Source: a virus. From it: a stretch of DNA of 64,000 bases. The stretch lies in IMG/VR virus record IMGVR_UViG_3300021387_000118, positions 13,168-77,167 of that record; one strand, written 5' to 3'. Positions 47,476 to 59,445 of this stretch are shown here, piece after piece; within the stretch, counting starts at the first letter, position 1; each line of letters opens with the position of its first letter. A program made the position numbers and the translations under genes. A model generated the notes under the pieces. The model saw only the letters and a program-made list of their open reading frames with translations, had not been told where the DNA came from and ran no database searches.

Positions 47476-50400
47476 TCATGCTCTTTTGTTATATGCTCTT
47501 TTGAAATTCTATGTGTTATAATCAAATTGTTTTTGCATAAAGTTACGATCTTTTAATAAGCTGTTTGCTATAGCATCAATCTTATTCAACATGTCACCAT
47601 CTACATTACCATCAATTCTGATAAGAGATTCATAATAGTAGTTTCCACCACTATTTACACTGCTTACATTGCTAACATTTGGAACAGAAGTATTTGCTTT
47701 TGTCGGATCTATTTGACTCCATTTCCAAATATTATCAGATTGCAGTTTAGGAAGAACTTGCGAACCCTATGGTAACTGCCTCAAAATGGCCCCATTTCCG
47801 AGAATAATCTCGTCATTATGAGTCAGCGCAAGTTCATCTTCATTGATTCTCTTTGAGCCTTTACGATAAGATTTTAACTTTGACGCACTGGTAACTCCCA
47901 ATTTCTTCAAATGTTTCTTAAGCTCAGATAACACGGCATTGCTCTGTTGAGATGTCCATGTCTTATCTACATGAACACCAAGAGCATTGGCTAATTTAGT
48001 AGGAACACCTTTAGAAACAGATCTTCCAAAAGTAGATGCTATATAATCGCCAATTGCGCCACCGCCATTATTCTTACCTTTTGGTAACCCTTTAATAATA
48101 TCAACAACCCTATCTGAAGTATTTAATAACCAATTCGCATGTGAATCGATATACTACTAGGTCGCCGGATCTGATGATACTGTTCCTGTTGGAGTTGTAT
48201 TGGTAGTATTATTTATATCCGTATTGATTGATCCAATTCCCCCATCTGCGGCTCCAACAGTACTTCCAGCCTAAGATTGTGCCTTTGTTGCTTCAATCAT
48301 AGCGGCAGAATATTCTTTAGCTTTTTTAATGAGATAATCAAGTTTTTCGCCAGTTACAGTTGCAAATGTATCAATAGCAGTAGTATCAATGTTTTGAGCA
48401 ACAGCACTAGTGAATTTTTTCCAGTTATTAGTTGGAACAAGAGTTTCTTCATTGATCGCTCCAAAGAATGCATTTAAATTAGGATCTTTTAAGCAAGCGT
48501 CTGATGTTTCACTAACAACAGTTCCGGTAGCTTTAATCCTCTGGTCAACAGTGTCATATGCCTCTTGATAATGACCAACTAATTGATTCAACATCATTTG
48601 AACAATACGGTCTTGTTCATCCGTGTTTGCCGCAATATGACGGAGAGTCTGATCGAGTGTTTCTTGAATATCCTATGAAAGTTGATCATATCCTTGGTTA
48701 AGCATATCATAGCGATGGTTGTATCTGGTATCTTCTAATGACTCATCTGCATCAGATAATTGCTGTCTTAATCTTGCGGCCTCAGCTTGTGCTTGTTTAT
48801 TAGTGGAACCTTCCAAGGAATTTAATTGCGCAAGAACTTTATTACGTTCTCTATTTTGATTTGTCACTTGCTTCTGATAATCATAATATGATTTTTGTTG
48901 ACTTAAAGCCTCTTTTCTTAATTCTATATTTTTTTGAATAGCAGCATTTTCATTCTATATCTATACCTTGTACATTTCGATCAATGCGTTCTTGTCTTCC
49001 TTCAGGTCTACAGCCATGCTTTGGATTTGCTTTCTATATTCATCGACTTGTTTTTCGCCTTCTTCAACACTTATGTTGTGGTTTTCCATTTCTTCATTTA
49101 CTTTATCTATAGCCGATCTTAAATTACCCATTTCATTAATGGTTGTTTTATAGTGATTGCCCAATAATAATATATTTGCTAAACCTTTATTGGTAATGCC
49201 CCAACCTTCGCCATCATCATCAAAGAATTCTTCTTGACTAAATAAACCGCGAAGATGTTCGAAATCGGATCTAGTAGTCTCAAGTTTATCCTGAAGACTG
49301 TCAAACTCTTTCCAGCGGAGAGAGCGGATGGATTTCTTAAGATTCTCATTCTAAATCACCATTTGTCTGAGCGCGGCTTCATCAGCTTCAATAGCAGACT
49401 TCAATTGATCATACTGTTCAGAACCTTCTTCGTACCCCATTGTATCTAACAATCTCTTATTATAATCCAATCTTTGTTCTGTGTATATGATATTTGAATT
49501 ATTATTTTTGATCTGACTATTATAATCATTCTCAGTTATGTAAGAAGATGGATCATTAAGTAATGTACCTCTGGCTTCTTTAAGAGCAACCCTATCTTGA
49601 TACATTTGTGCTTCTGCTTTGATGCGGTTCATCATATAATCAATAGGCTTTAAGTTGAGATCATACATCGCTCTTGTTAAATCTCTTGCATTCTTTTCGG
49701 ACTGTTTTAATGCAGTTGCCATACCTTGATAAGCTGTTTGTGCCTTACGATATTCGTTACTATCTACACCGAAAATTCCGGCAGCATTTCGCATTTCATT
49801 AAGATATGCATTCATTTGTGCTCTATAAATTTCCTGCGATTTGCCCTCAAGAGCAATCTGGTTAGCATACTCCTGCATATTACCATAAGAATTATCTCTT
49901 AATCCTTTAGAAGCATTAAGATCAATAATGGCCTATGAGGTCTATGCAACGGCTTGAGCGTATTCGTTTAAGGATTCGTATTGCTCCGTGATGTTATCAA
50001 GTTTCATTTGCTGAAGTTCTTTTTGTTTTGCAATACACTCCTCGATAGCATCCTCACACTCCAAAATTTTTTCATACCACGTTTGATATTCATTAATATA
50101 CGCTGTTGCTCTGTTTTCTGTCTTACTAGAATCTTTTCCGCGTGATGTTTTCTTGGTTTTAAGATACTTAGAAAAGTCTTCTACTGTTAATCCGCCTTCT
50201 TTAATTAGTTTATTAAGACGTTTTGCTTCTTTAGATGTCACTAGTCCAGAAGATTTCGCTTTCTTAACAACCGTTTTTAAATGAGAGGTATATCCACCCT
50301 TCTTTGAAATGGCACTTTCATTGGTCTGTCTTAAACTGATATTGGTAGCCATTGCGTCATCTATATACTTATTCTTTGCAGCGTAACCAGTCTCGCCTTT

Positions 50401-53400
50401 ATATGATGACGGCGCATATCCTCCAGCTCCACCTATATTCTCTGCTCTGGATATTGCAAGTTCCATTGTTCGAGTCAATCTTTTGATGCGAACTTCAATC
50501 CAATCCATAAACGAAGATGCCCAGTTCTGGAATTTCTCAAGAGCAGTAGTAGTGTTCTCTGTTGCTTCGGTTTCTTTTTCTTTAGCATCTGTGTTAGCTT
50601 GTGTAGCTTTAGTGTTGGCTTTTTCAGATGACGATTTTGAAGTGGATGGACCATTATCATTAGAATGAATTGTCGGATTCTTAACATCTACTGAACCACC
50701 ATGTGCCGGACCTATAGGTCTTAAATCAGCCAACGAAACTCCAGATCCTTGAGCAAATGCTTTACCGTGACCTAAAGCTTTTCCATGTTCAATCAGATCA
50801 GTAGTTTGCATATGATTTAGAATTATATCTCCTTTTTTAAGAGCTTCTACATGCATACCACCTGGAATTAAGAACCATTTCCCATCTCTAATAATCGATT
50901 CGGTTCCTAATTCATTAACAAGTGCTTCTTCGTCTTGATCAAGTCCTACTTTACCATCAGCAAAAGCACCAGAAATAGGTCTAAGATTAATAGCATTATA
51001 AGCAGTTCCATCCGCATGAGCAGGAGAGATCATAGTACCAGTATATTTATGTGTTCCACCAGGTAAACCAAATACATTTGCGGCAACAGATATTGTAAAA
51101 GGTCTATTAAGCGCCGCATCAATACTACTACTAATCTATGATGTTTCGGCAGTAACCGGAATCTATGCAGTTCTAGAATTAATATCATGAACAGCAAAAC
51201 TAACGCTACTAATAGCCGGAGAAGTATTCGCATCAACTGTTATTTCTCCTTTTGTATCATTTGCTTTTGATTCAACATCCTCTATGGCTTGTTCTGCCTA
51301 CTCTGTATTGGCACCAACCTATACATCATTTTGCGTTAACGCAGTAATAGATTCCTGATCTAATTTTACAACTAAATCTGCACCTTTTGATACTTCGTCT
51401 AATACCCCTCTAAGAGTTTCAAGATCTTCTTCTCCAGTTATCTCTACCCCAATATCTTTTGTTTCATCTTGAGCCATTTCTTCAATTTGTTGTGGAGTAT
51501 ACCCTTGGCTTGATAATTCGTAAACAACATCAATAATCTGTTGTTTATGTTCTGTCTACTCTTGAATATCAGGATTAGCTTGCCTTAAATAATTCTGTTC
51601 TGCTCTTGTATCATCAATAGCATTACCAGTCTGAGTAGGAGCCTTTGGTCTTGTTGAGTACGATTGTTCTTCTTCCAAGCCAAACAATTCTTTTAAAGTG
51701 GTAACCAAAGCATTTCCAGCTTCTTGACCAAGACCAAGCTTTGCCAATAATGAATCAAGCGCTCCCTCAAGTGCTTCATCCTAAACCTTGCCATCACCAA
51801 ATATAATTTTATCAAAATCTTCTCCTGTATAGCCCTCTAAAGAACTCATAATAGAAGTCATTTCTTCGTCTAACCCATCAGCAGAAGTATATGCTTCTTT
51901 TAATTGAGCAACTATTCCATCATGAGTTTCATCACCATTTTCAGTAAGATTAGATATGTCAGCATTTTCTGCTATAACAGGAGTAATCTTGACTTCATTA
52001 TAATCTGGGAATGCTCGTTGCATTGCCTCTTCGTCAACTTCTTTTAAGTCTGGAGTTAATTTAATATGGGTTTCATCTGCAATCTATTGCACTCTGCGTT
52101 CAAATGTATCTTGATCAATTTCCCCACGATTAAACATGTTCTAAATTGATTTAAAATCAGCGATTCCATTCCTGAGTTCTTTTGCTGTTACCATTCCTTC
52201 TCTGGCAGCAACATCTTGCGTGTTTTCAACAAGTTTGCGCTGGCGAGTTTTAAGATCTGTTATCTAATTATTAAGATCCTAAAGCTCCTCGTCCGATGCT
52301 CCCTCTCTACGTGCCTTATTATATCTAAGTTGAGCATCAACAAGGTCTTCCATATTATCTTTAACTTTAAGTTCACCCTCCGCCTATGTATTAACAAGAT
52401 CGACATAAGCACCATAATCCTCGACCCTACCAAGAAGAATATCTAATAATTCCGTTGTAATACCAAGACTATGAGCTGCCTCATCCATGTCTGGCATAGC
52501 AAGAGTATATCCATCATCTGTTTTTGACCCAAAACCTTTATCGACAGCATCTTTTATAAAATTACTTAATCCAGTAGCATCTTCAGTGAAATATCTTTTA
52601 ATCTTTTCAATATTTCTATCATATGCAGCAACAGTATCAGATCCATATTCATCAATCATTGCCGTAAATGCTCTAAACTCATCAGTTCCGGTTAGTCCTT
52701 TGGAGTAAGCATCTTGCATATCTTTTAATGCGCTTTGTATTGTATTATATCTATCACCACCATTTGCAGTAGACTCAGCATTTTGCCATTGCGCAAAATC
52801 TGTGAATTGTTGCTTCTATTGATCGTACAAAGCTTGAAGCATAGATAATTCACGTTCAGCTGCGCTAATACGCTATTCAGCCGCTGCAACTGCCTTTTGC
52901 GCAGTTTCCGTTTCAGCATCACCGTACATTTCAATAATGTTTTTCTGTTCTTCAATCGTATCTTTTAACGTACTTACTTGCAGTTCATATTCTGCATCGA
53001 CTAAAGTTTCTGCTGCATCCGCATTCATTTTCATGCCATCAGCACTCTAATAGAAAATACTACTGACATCATATCCAACAAGATCACTAAATTGTCTCTA
53101 TAACTCATTCATAGTATCAATAGTTAATCCTGTTTCTGAGTTCATTTCGCTAAAAGCAGAAGAGAGAACCGATACTAGTTCTGAAGCATTAGTAGATACA
53201 AGAGATGTCATAGTCTCATACCAACCAATTTGACTTTGTTGCATAGCAGAGATAGAAGCATCTACATCATCAATCTGAGATTGATACTCACGCCATGTAG
53301 ATCCGCCACGCTGAACACCCCTTTGAAGATTTTCAAGTTCTTTTCTCTATTGTTTAAGATTATCAATTTGCTCATTACCATTACTAATCAAAGATTTGTA

Positions 53401-56400
53401 AAGAGATTCACTTGTCTTTTGATGTTTGACATCAGCAGAATTAAGTAAATCTTCAGTTTGAGAAGCTTTTGTTTGAAGATCAGTATATTCGTTTTGAAGG
53501 TCAGTAAGAGGTAATTCTTTTAATGTCTTGCTATATTCATAATACTTAGATGTTAAGGAGTCCAATGCTGTTTCTGCCTAAATATACTATTCATTACGTT
53601 CTTGCCAAATAGTATTAATGTTACCATTTTTATCAAACATTTCAGTATCATCAAGCAGATCCTTTGCGGCATCTCGTACAATTTTGGCTTGCTCTAATAT
53701 GCCATCATTACCCTCATATGGAGCCATTACACCCTCAATATAATCTTTCGTAACCTTTCTACCAAGATTTTCTAATTGTGAATAATCACTTTCAAGAGCT
53801 TCAGCCTACGACTGAAGTTTAGCTAATTCAGCAGAAGCCTATTGATATGGTAATTCTTCTTGCTCTTTTCTCATATTAAATCTTTGTGTAAGATTACTCC
53901 ACCAATCAGACTTATTGCTCTATCTATTACTCCTAGCATTCTATGCACGTTCAGAATTCTCTCCATATACAGCGGAATATATTGTTTCCTATGCTCCATA
54001 TATTGCATCAAGGACGTTATTTCCAATAATCTGTTTGCTAAGATTATCTATATTCTTTTTATAGTCAGAATCTGACATCCCTTGTCCTTTTGTCGCATTA
54101 AATTCCTACTCATTCTAAAGCTCTGTTAATGCATCTTTATATTTTTGAATAGCGTTAGCAGCTTGTTCTCCAGGAAGTTCAAATAATGATCTAGCAAAAT
54201 CAGACTATGTATCACGAGCGCTGATTAAAGAATCTACAAGTGAATCAATGGCATCTTTTTCCTGATAATATGCATCACTGCCATAAGCAATGGAGCCGTC
54301 ATTCATAGCTTCTTGTAATTTAACTCTTCTCCTTGCGATCTATTCTTCAATGTTTTCTATGTTTTCTTCGTTTAATCCCATTAAGTTCATATAACCACTA
54401 GCGGTCGGCTCTCTTTTTTCAAAATCAGCCTAAGCTTTTTCAAATGAACGAGATATTTCTGTGCCAGTACGTTCTAGCTCTCTAAATGGAAGTTCACTTA
54501 TTGCGTTTTTATATTCATATATTTTCTGCGTTAAATTATCAATAGCATCGGCATTACTATCATAATTGTTTTGCATTTCTTGCCATTCGCTATTATTACG
54601 TGCATATTCATCGAATGATGATTTTGCTTGCTCGAAAGACTCAAATTGATGACTTGCCATATATTCGCGCCTAAATTGATCCTGTTGTGCCAAAATTTCA
54701 TCTTGTTGATTAGCAAGATTAGACTTCTCAGCCCTAGCTGCATCAATTGCGCCCTAATATATTTCTTTTGTAATATCTCCACCCATAGTTTCTCTGTTGG
54801 AAATTTCTTTCTCGGCTTGTGCTGTCGCTCTGGCAAGTTCTGTGCCAATATTTTGAAGATTGGTTAATGGAAGTTCATTGATTGCTTTACCCCAATTACG
54901 GATTTTCTCTATAATAGAATCTAAAGACCCTTGGTTAGTGTCAAGATCTGCCATAAACTGTTGCCATTCCGTATTCTGCGCAAGTATTGAATCCTTTTGT
55001 TCTTCCCAAGCGGCATCTGCTTGTTCTTTCGACTCAAATTGATGACTCGCCATAAACTCTTTTCTTTGCATCTCTTCAAACTATGTGGCTTCATCAAGAA
55101 TTTCTTGTCTTGTTCTTTCAAGATTTTCTTTTTCGGCAGAAGCAGAATCAATAGCTTGTTGATACAATGACTATGTAGGAACATTGCCAATGTTCTCAAC
55201 ATTTTGAATTTGTCGTTCCGCATCAGCTGTCGCTCTGGCAAGTTCCGTACCAAAGCTTTCAAGTTCAACACGAGGTTGTTTTAATATAGCTAAATTATTT
55301 TTCTGTTTATTAGTTTTTTCGCCAAATATTAATCCGGTTAATTCCTTTACTCTGTTTTGCAATATGGTATTCTTAGGACTCTTAGCGAGTTTTTCTTCTG
55401 CTGCTTTTAGCTATCCTTCGTATGCTTTAATTAAACCATCACTTATTGCGTTGTCAGCTTCGTAATCCTCAATTGTCATTGCATTACCGAGAACATCATC
55501 TAATCCTTGCTTTTGAGAATTGAGATTTCTATCGGCAGTAAGAGAGTCAATTGTTTTCTGTAAGTTTTCTGTTTCAACTTCAAGATCCCATACAAGTTTA
55601 TAATCTCCGTATTTTTCGATCAATGTATCAACGTCACCAGAGAATTGATCTTGTAATGCAAGAACTATATTCCAATTAAGATCTTCACCGTATTTTTCTT
55701 TCAAAGCGCTTAGTTTATTGTTAAACTATTCGTACTGTGCAATCCTTTCTTCATTATCATAAGCTGGCGCAGTAATAAATGATTCCCTAACCTATTTTAA
55801 TGCCTCTTGTTCAGAGACATTAACTTTTCTATAACTAGCAGTAAAATTAGCAAGATAGGTATCAAGCTACTTAATTCCTTCATCAGAGAAATCAGTCCAT
55901 CCAGATTTAAACTAATCTATCCAATTGCTAAGTTCCTTTGTACCGAATTTTGAAATACCTTCCTCTGAAAAATCAGTCATGTCTGGAAACTCTTCTTGTA
56001 AATCGCGCATTTGCTCCGCTGTAAGAGATCCTTCTGTGCGAAGTGTTTCAAGCGCCCCCGTCAACGAGGAGAGTCTCTTCTCATATCCTTCTGTAGCAGA
56101 TTGATAGCTCTCGTCTGAGAAAATAGAAGAGAGGGTGCCATCTTTTTCGATTTCTGGTACTTTATCCTAATATTCTTTTATCCAATCGAGAAGATCATAA
56201 AATCCTCCGCCAAGTTTAAAATCAAAACTGCCATTATCTATTGCCTCAATTATGCTACCTTTTTGCCCTTGGGTTAATTTTGACAACATACGTTTATCTA
56301 TACGGCCTTCATCTCCACCAAGTGCTTCGTATATTTGATCGTTCACATTTTGATATGAAGCAAAATAATTACCATTCTCATCGACAAATTCATATTTTAA

Positions 56401-58040
56401 TGCAACCTTAAAAGTATGCTATAATTCTTCGTCTCCAGGGAATAATTTTTCTAAAATGTCATCTAATTGATTTGTCATTTCCGCATCTGTTAAATCAGAA
56501 GAGTCAAATGTAAATAAACTTTCAATTTGTTTAGTAACTTCTTCTTTATCTTGTTTTGTTTTGGCTCTATCAAATGCATTAGATAAACTATACATCAATT
56601 TATTTTTAATATAATCATCAAAGTTTTCGAAAATATCTTGCTCTTCAAATGCGGCATATGCCTTACTCAAATCAATACCAGACACAGCAGATGCTATGCC
56701 ATTTTGTATTGTCTCAGAGAATTCTTTATAGGTTGCTGTGGTTGTAAATTTTGACATAAGAGATGGTTTTAAGGATTCCCAATTATCTTTAATTTGTCTC
56801 TCAGAGATATTTATATTGTCTTCTGCAATTTTTGCCTCATCATAAGAAGAATCTCCAGAAAGACCAAGTAACTTGTTCGCTTCTTCAATAGCATCTTCTA
56901 ACTAATCAGTATCTGCATTAAAGAAATATGTGACTGTTGGAGCAGTAATATTACCTTCTGCATCCATTATATTCCCACCGGTAATCCATTGATCAGTTAA
57001 ATTGATTCCATTTTTACCAAATCCTTGCTCAAACGCTTCAGATACTTTTCCACCATAATCCATGCTTTGGTCAATAACTACCTTATAACCATCTTCGGTT
57101 TTTTCTATGAAAGATTCAATTCCATTTTTTGTCGCATCAATATTTGATTTAGTAGCTTTTACCATTGATTCATTTTCAGATATTGTGCGTAATTCTTTAT
57201 CATTCTATGCAAGAACACCATTCAACTAATCTTCGAATTTGTCTCCGATTTCTTTGTTCGCCAGATCTCTCTGTACAGCAAGCAAATCCTGTAGTGACTG
57301 AGTTGCTTTATCAGCATCTGTGCCAAGATTTACATATGCATTTCCTTGAGCATCTGTACCAGCCCTCAACGATGGGTACAAATCAACCAATTGCCTATTT
57401 ACATCTAAAAATTCATTATACTCATCAGTTGACAAAGATGCATTTTCGTATCCTTTACCCTCTTTATATGTTACACCAGACCTTAATTCATTATAACGCT
57501 TTCCTAAATCTGTTGTAGATGTTTCTCTTTCTTTATAATTTTTATTAACATCTTCAATTTGCTATTGAGCTTTTTTACCTTTTGCTATTAAATTATCTTG
57601 CTTTTTAATAACATCATTATATATCCACTCAATTCCTTTTCCGATTACTGTAATAATAGCTGTTACAGCAATTGTTGTTAATGCGGTTGATATTAAAGAT
57701 TTCAATGCCCCACCGAACTTAGCAAGCGATGAAACAATATTTGGCATTGCTTCTGGAACCATCCGTACAGTTGTCTACATTTTTCGCATTGCATCTCCCA
57801 TTGATAATGCCTATAATTCTGTATCGGACATACTGTCTTTTAATCTAGCAAAAGCATCGCTACTAACAACGATATTTTTAGCCCATTCATTAGTATTTAA
57901 TTGTTCCATAAAATTGCCATCAATTTTGAAATCTTTTAACGCTGTTTGTAATGAAGCACTAAGCGGTTTAAATACTTCTTCTTCAACAAGTTTTTTGTCA
58001 GGATCTCCAGAAAAGAAATTTTTTATAGCATAACCCCACA
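47476..58040 (-). CDS. Giant (~3520 aa) coiled-coil tail protein (tape-measure-like; TM helix, ~100-aa tandem repeats, putative peptidase region)
   Basis: All 18 track fragments from 57811-58074 down to 48271-48597 have end mod 3 = 0, and each begins at a CTA (TAG). The sampled gap 51034-51360 translates without TAA/TGA. Likely start is the internal ATG about 58040 (RBS GGTGA; MWGYAIKNFF...). Tandem repeats MASHQFES..GTELARATA at 54430-55362. TM segment LISTALTTIAVTAIITVIG. TGA at 47476. Confidence 0.5.
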
Positions 58041-58144
58041 TGTTTTCACCTTTAGAAGTCGTAGATAAAATCATTACATATAATAGTAAAATACATATGG
58101 TAAAATATAAATGCTAAAGATAATGTTTTTGTAGTTGAACAACA

Positions 58145-58175
58145 AAAAAGAGCGGCAAATCACCGCTCCATATAC
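58145..58175 (-). terminator. Rho-independent terminator of the DUF262 gene
   Basis: On the minus strand, GAGCGG-tgatttg-CCGCTC is followed by TTTTTTGTT, 8 nt after the TGA stop. Confidence 0.55.
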
Positions 58176-58182
58176 GACCAAC

Positions 58183-59169
58183 TCAGCAGATGAATCTGTT
58201 AAACTCATTATTCAATATCTCAATCCTTTTAGCAACATTAACTGCGTGTCCTGCGCCCTGAGAAGATGCTAAATTATATTCTTCACTAATGCTGCTTCCT
58301 TTTTCACCACCAAAGAAGTACTGAAGGAATGGGATTATTTTCTCATCATCTCCATGCTTTTCAATAAATGGTGTGAGAGTAGGTATGTTACCACGAGACA
58401 TTAATTTTCTCATAACAAACCTATTCTCTTTTTTATTTTCAGCAAGTGCATCATAAATGGTTAAGAATTTATCATATATACCAGAAAGTCTCTCAACATC
58501 TTGTGGCTCAATTTCAGTAGTACGCATAAATGGACCAATCTCTTTAGAGTCGAGACAAGGCTTATCATTAAACAACATAATCAGGCTTTGAATAACGATT
58601 GTCCTCTGCGCAAGTTTCGCCCTAGCGTTATTCGTTAACGCAACAAGGAATATTTTATGATCGCACAACTGGGAGATTTCATTTTTCGAAATAGCCTTCG
58701 CATAGTTACGATCATTAGCTTTGAGAGTAGTACCATTATTCAGTCTATAGAAGATATCTTCAATTTCTTCCTGAGTAATATCATCAAAAATAATAAGGTT
58801 CAAATTGTATTCATCAATTTTATCTCTAATTTCTTCCGGTAAATCAGAATATCTCATACCATTAATATCAGTTTCAAAATCATCCTCAATTATAGATGGA
58901 ACATCTTTAAGAGCGTATTTACCGTCCATAAAATCTATTATAGCAAAACATCTCTGTTTCCCGTCTATAAAATCGAAAGATGCTCGTCCGGCTTTAACAA
59001 CATAAAACGGTGGAACAGCATAGTCCATAATTAAACTATGAATTAGTAAAGATTTCTGCTGTACGTTCCAAACAATTCCACGTTGAACCTCATTATCAAA
59101 TGTTGCTTTGTTCGCTGTATATTGTCCATATAGTTTCTTTGCCGTCCAATTTGTTTGTGTTCGTATCAT
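58183..59169 (-). CDS. DUF262 (ParB/Srx-like nuclease-NTPase, GmrSD/SspE N-terminal type) protein; standard-code moron
   Basis: RBS GAAAGGAGTCAACT before the ATG at 59169. 328 aa with no in-frame TAG, unlike all its neighbours. DUF262 hallmarks EVQRGIVWNVQQKSLLIHSL and FIDGKQRCFAII (DGQQR motif). Own promoter upstream and terminator downstream. TGA stop. Confidence 0.75.
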   Translation of the reverse strand: MIRTQTNWTAKKLYGQYTANKATFDNEVQRGIVWNVQQKSLLIHSLIMDYAVPPFYVVKAGRASFDFIDGKQRCFAIIDFMDGKYALKDVPSIIEDDFETDINGMRYSDLPEEIRDKIDEYNLNLIIFDDITQEEIEDIFYRLNNGTTLKANDRNYAKAISKNEISQLCDHKIFLVALTNNARAKLAQRTIVIQSLIMLFNDKPCLDSKEIGPFMRTTEIEPQDVERLSGIYDKFLTIYDALAENKKENRFVMRKLMSRGNIPTLTPFIEKHGDDEKIIPFLQYFFGGEKGSSISEEYNLASSQGAGHAVNVAKRIEILNNEFNRFIC

Positions 59170-59195
59170 AGTTGACTCCTTTCGTTTTTTATTTA

Positions 59196-59223
59196 ACTCT
59201 AGCAGAGTACAACAATAGAGTCA
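59196..59223 (-). promoter_or_regulatory. Sigma70-like promoter for the DUF262 gene
   Basis: On the minus strand, TTGACT-17 nt-TAGAGT lies about 25 nt upstream of the RBS, in a 275-bp gap after the tape-measure stop. Confidence 0.35.
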
Positions 59224-59445
59224 AGATTTTTTAATATCCACTTTTATTATCAGTATTGCAAGCACGATAATGGGAGAGTGGTACCCATATATAGGATTTC
59301 GACTGTATATTACGATAAAAACAATTACGCCTGTTCTTACCACATCTTGTCAGTCTGTCGCTCGGATCTTCGATAGAAGAGTGCCGAGTCGGGATCGTTA
59401 TCATATTGATAGTTTTCCCCGATATTCGATATATTTTTATGGCTG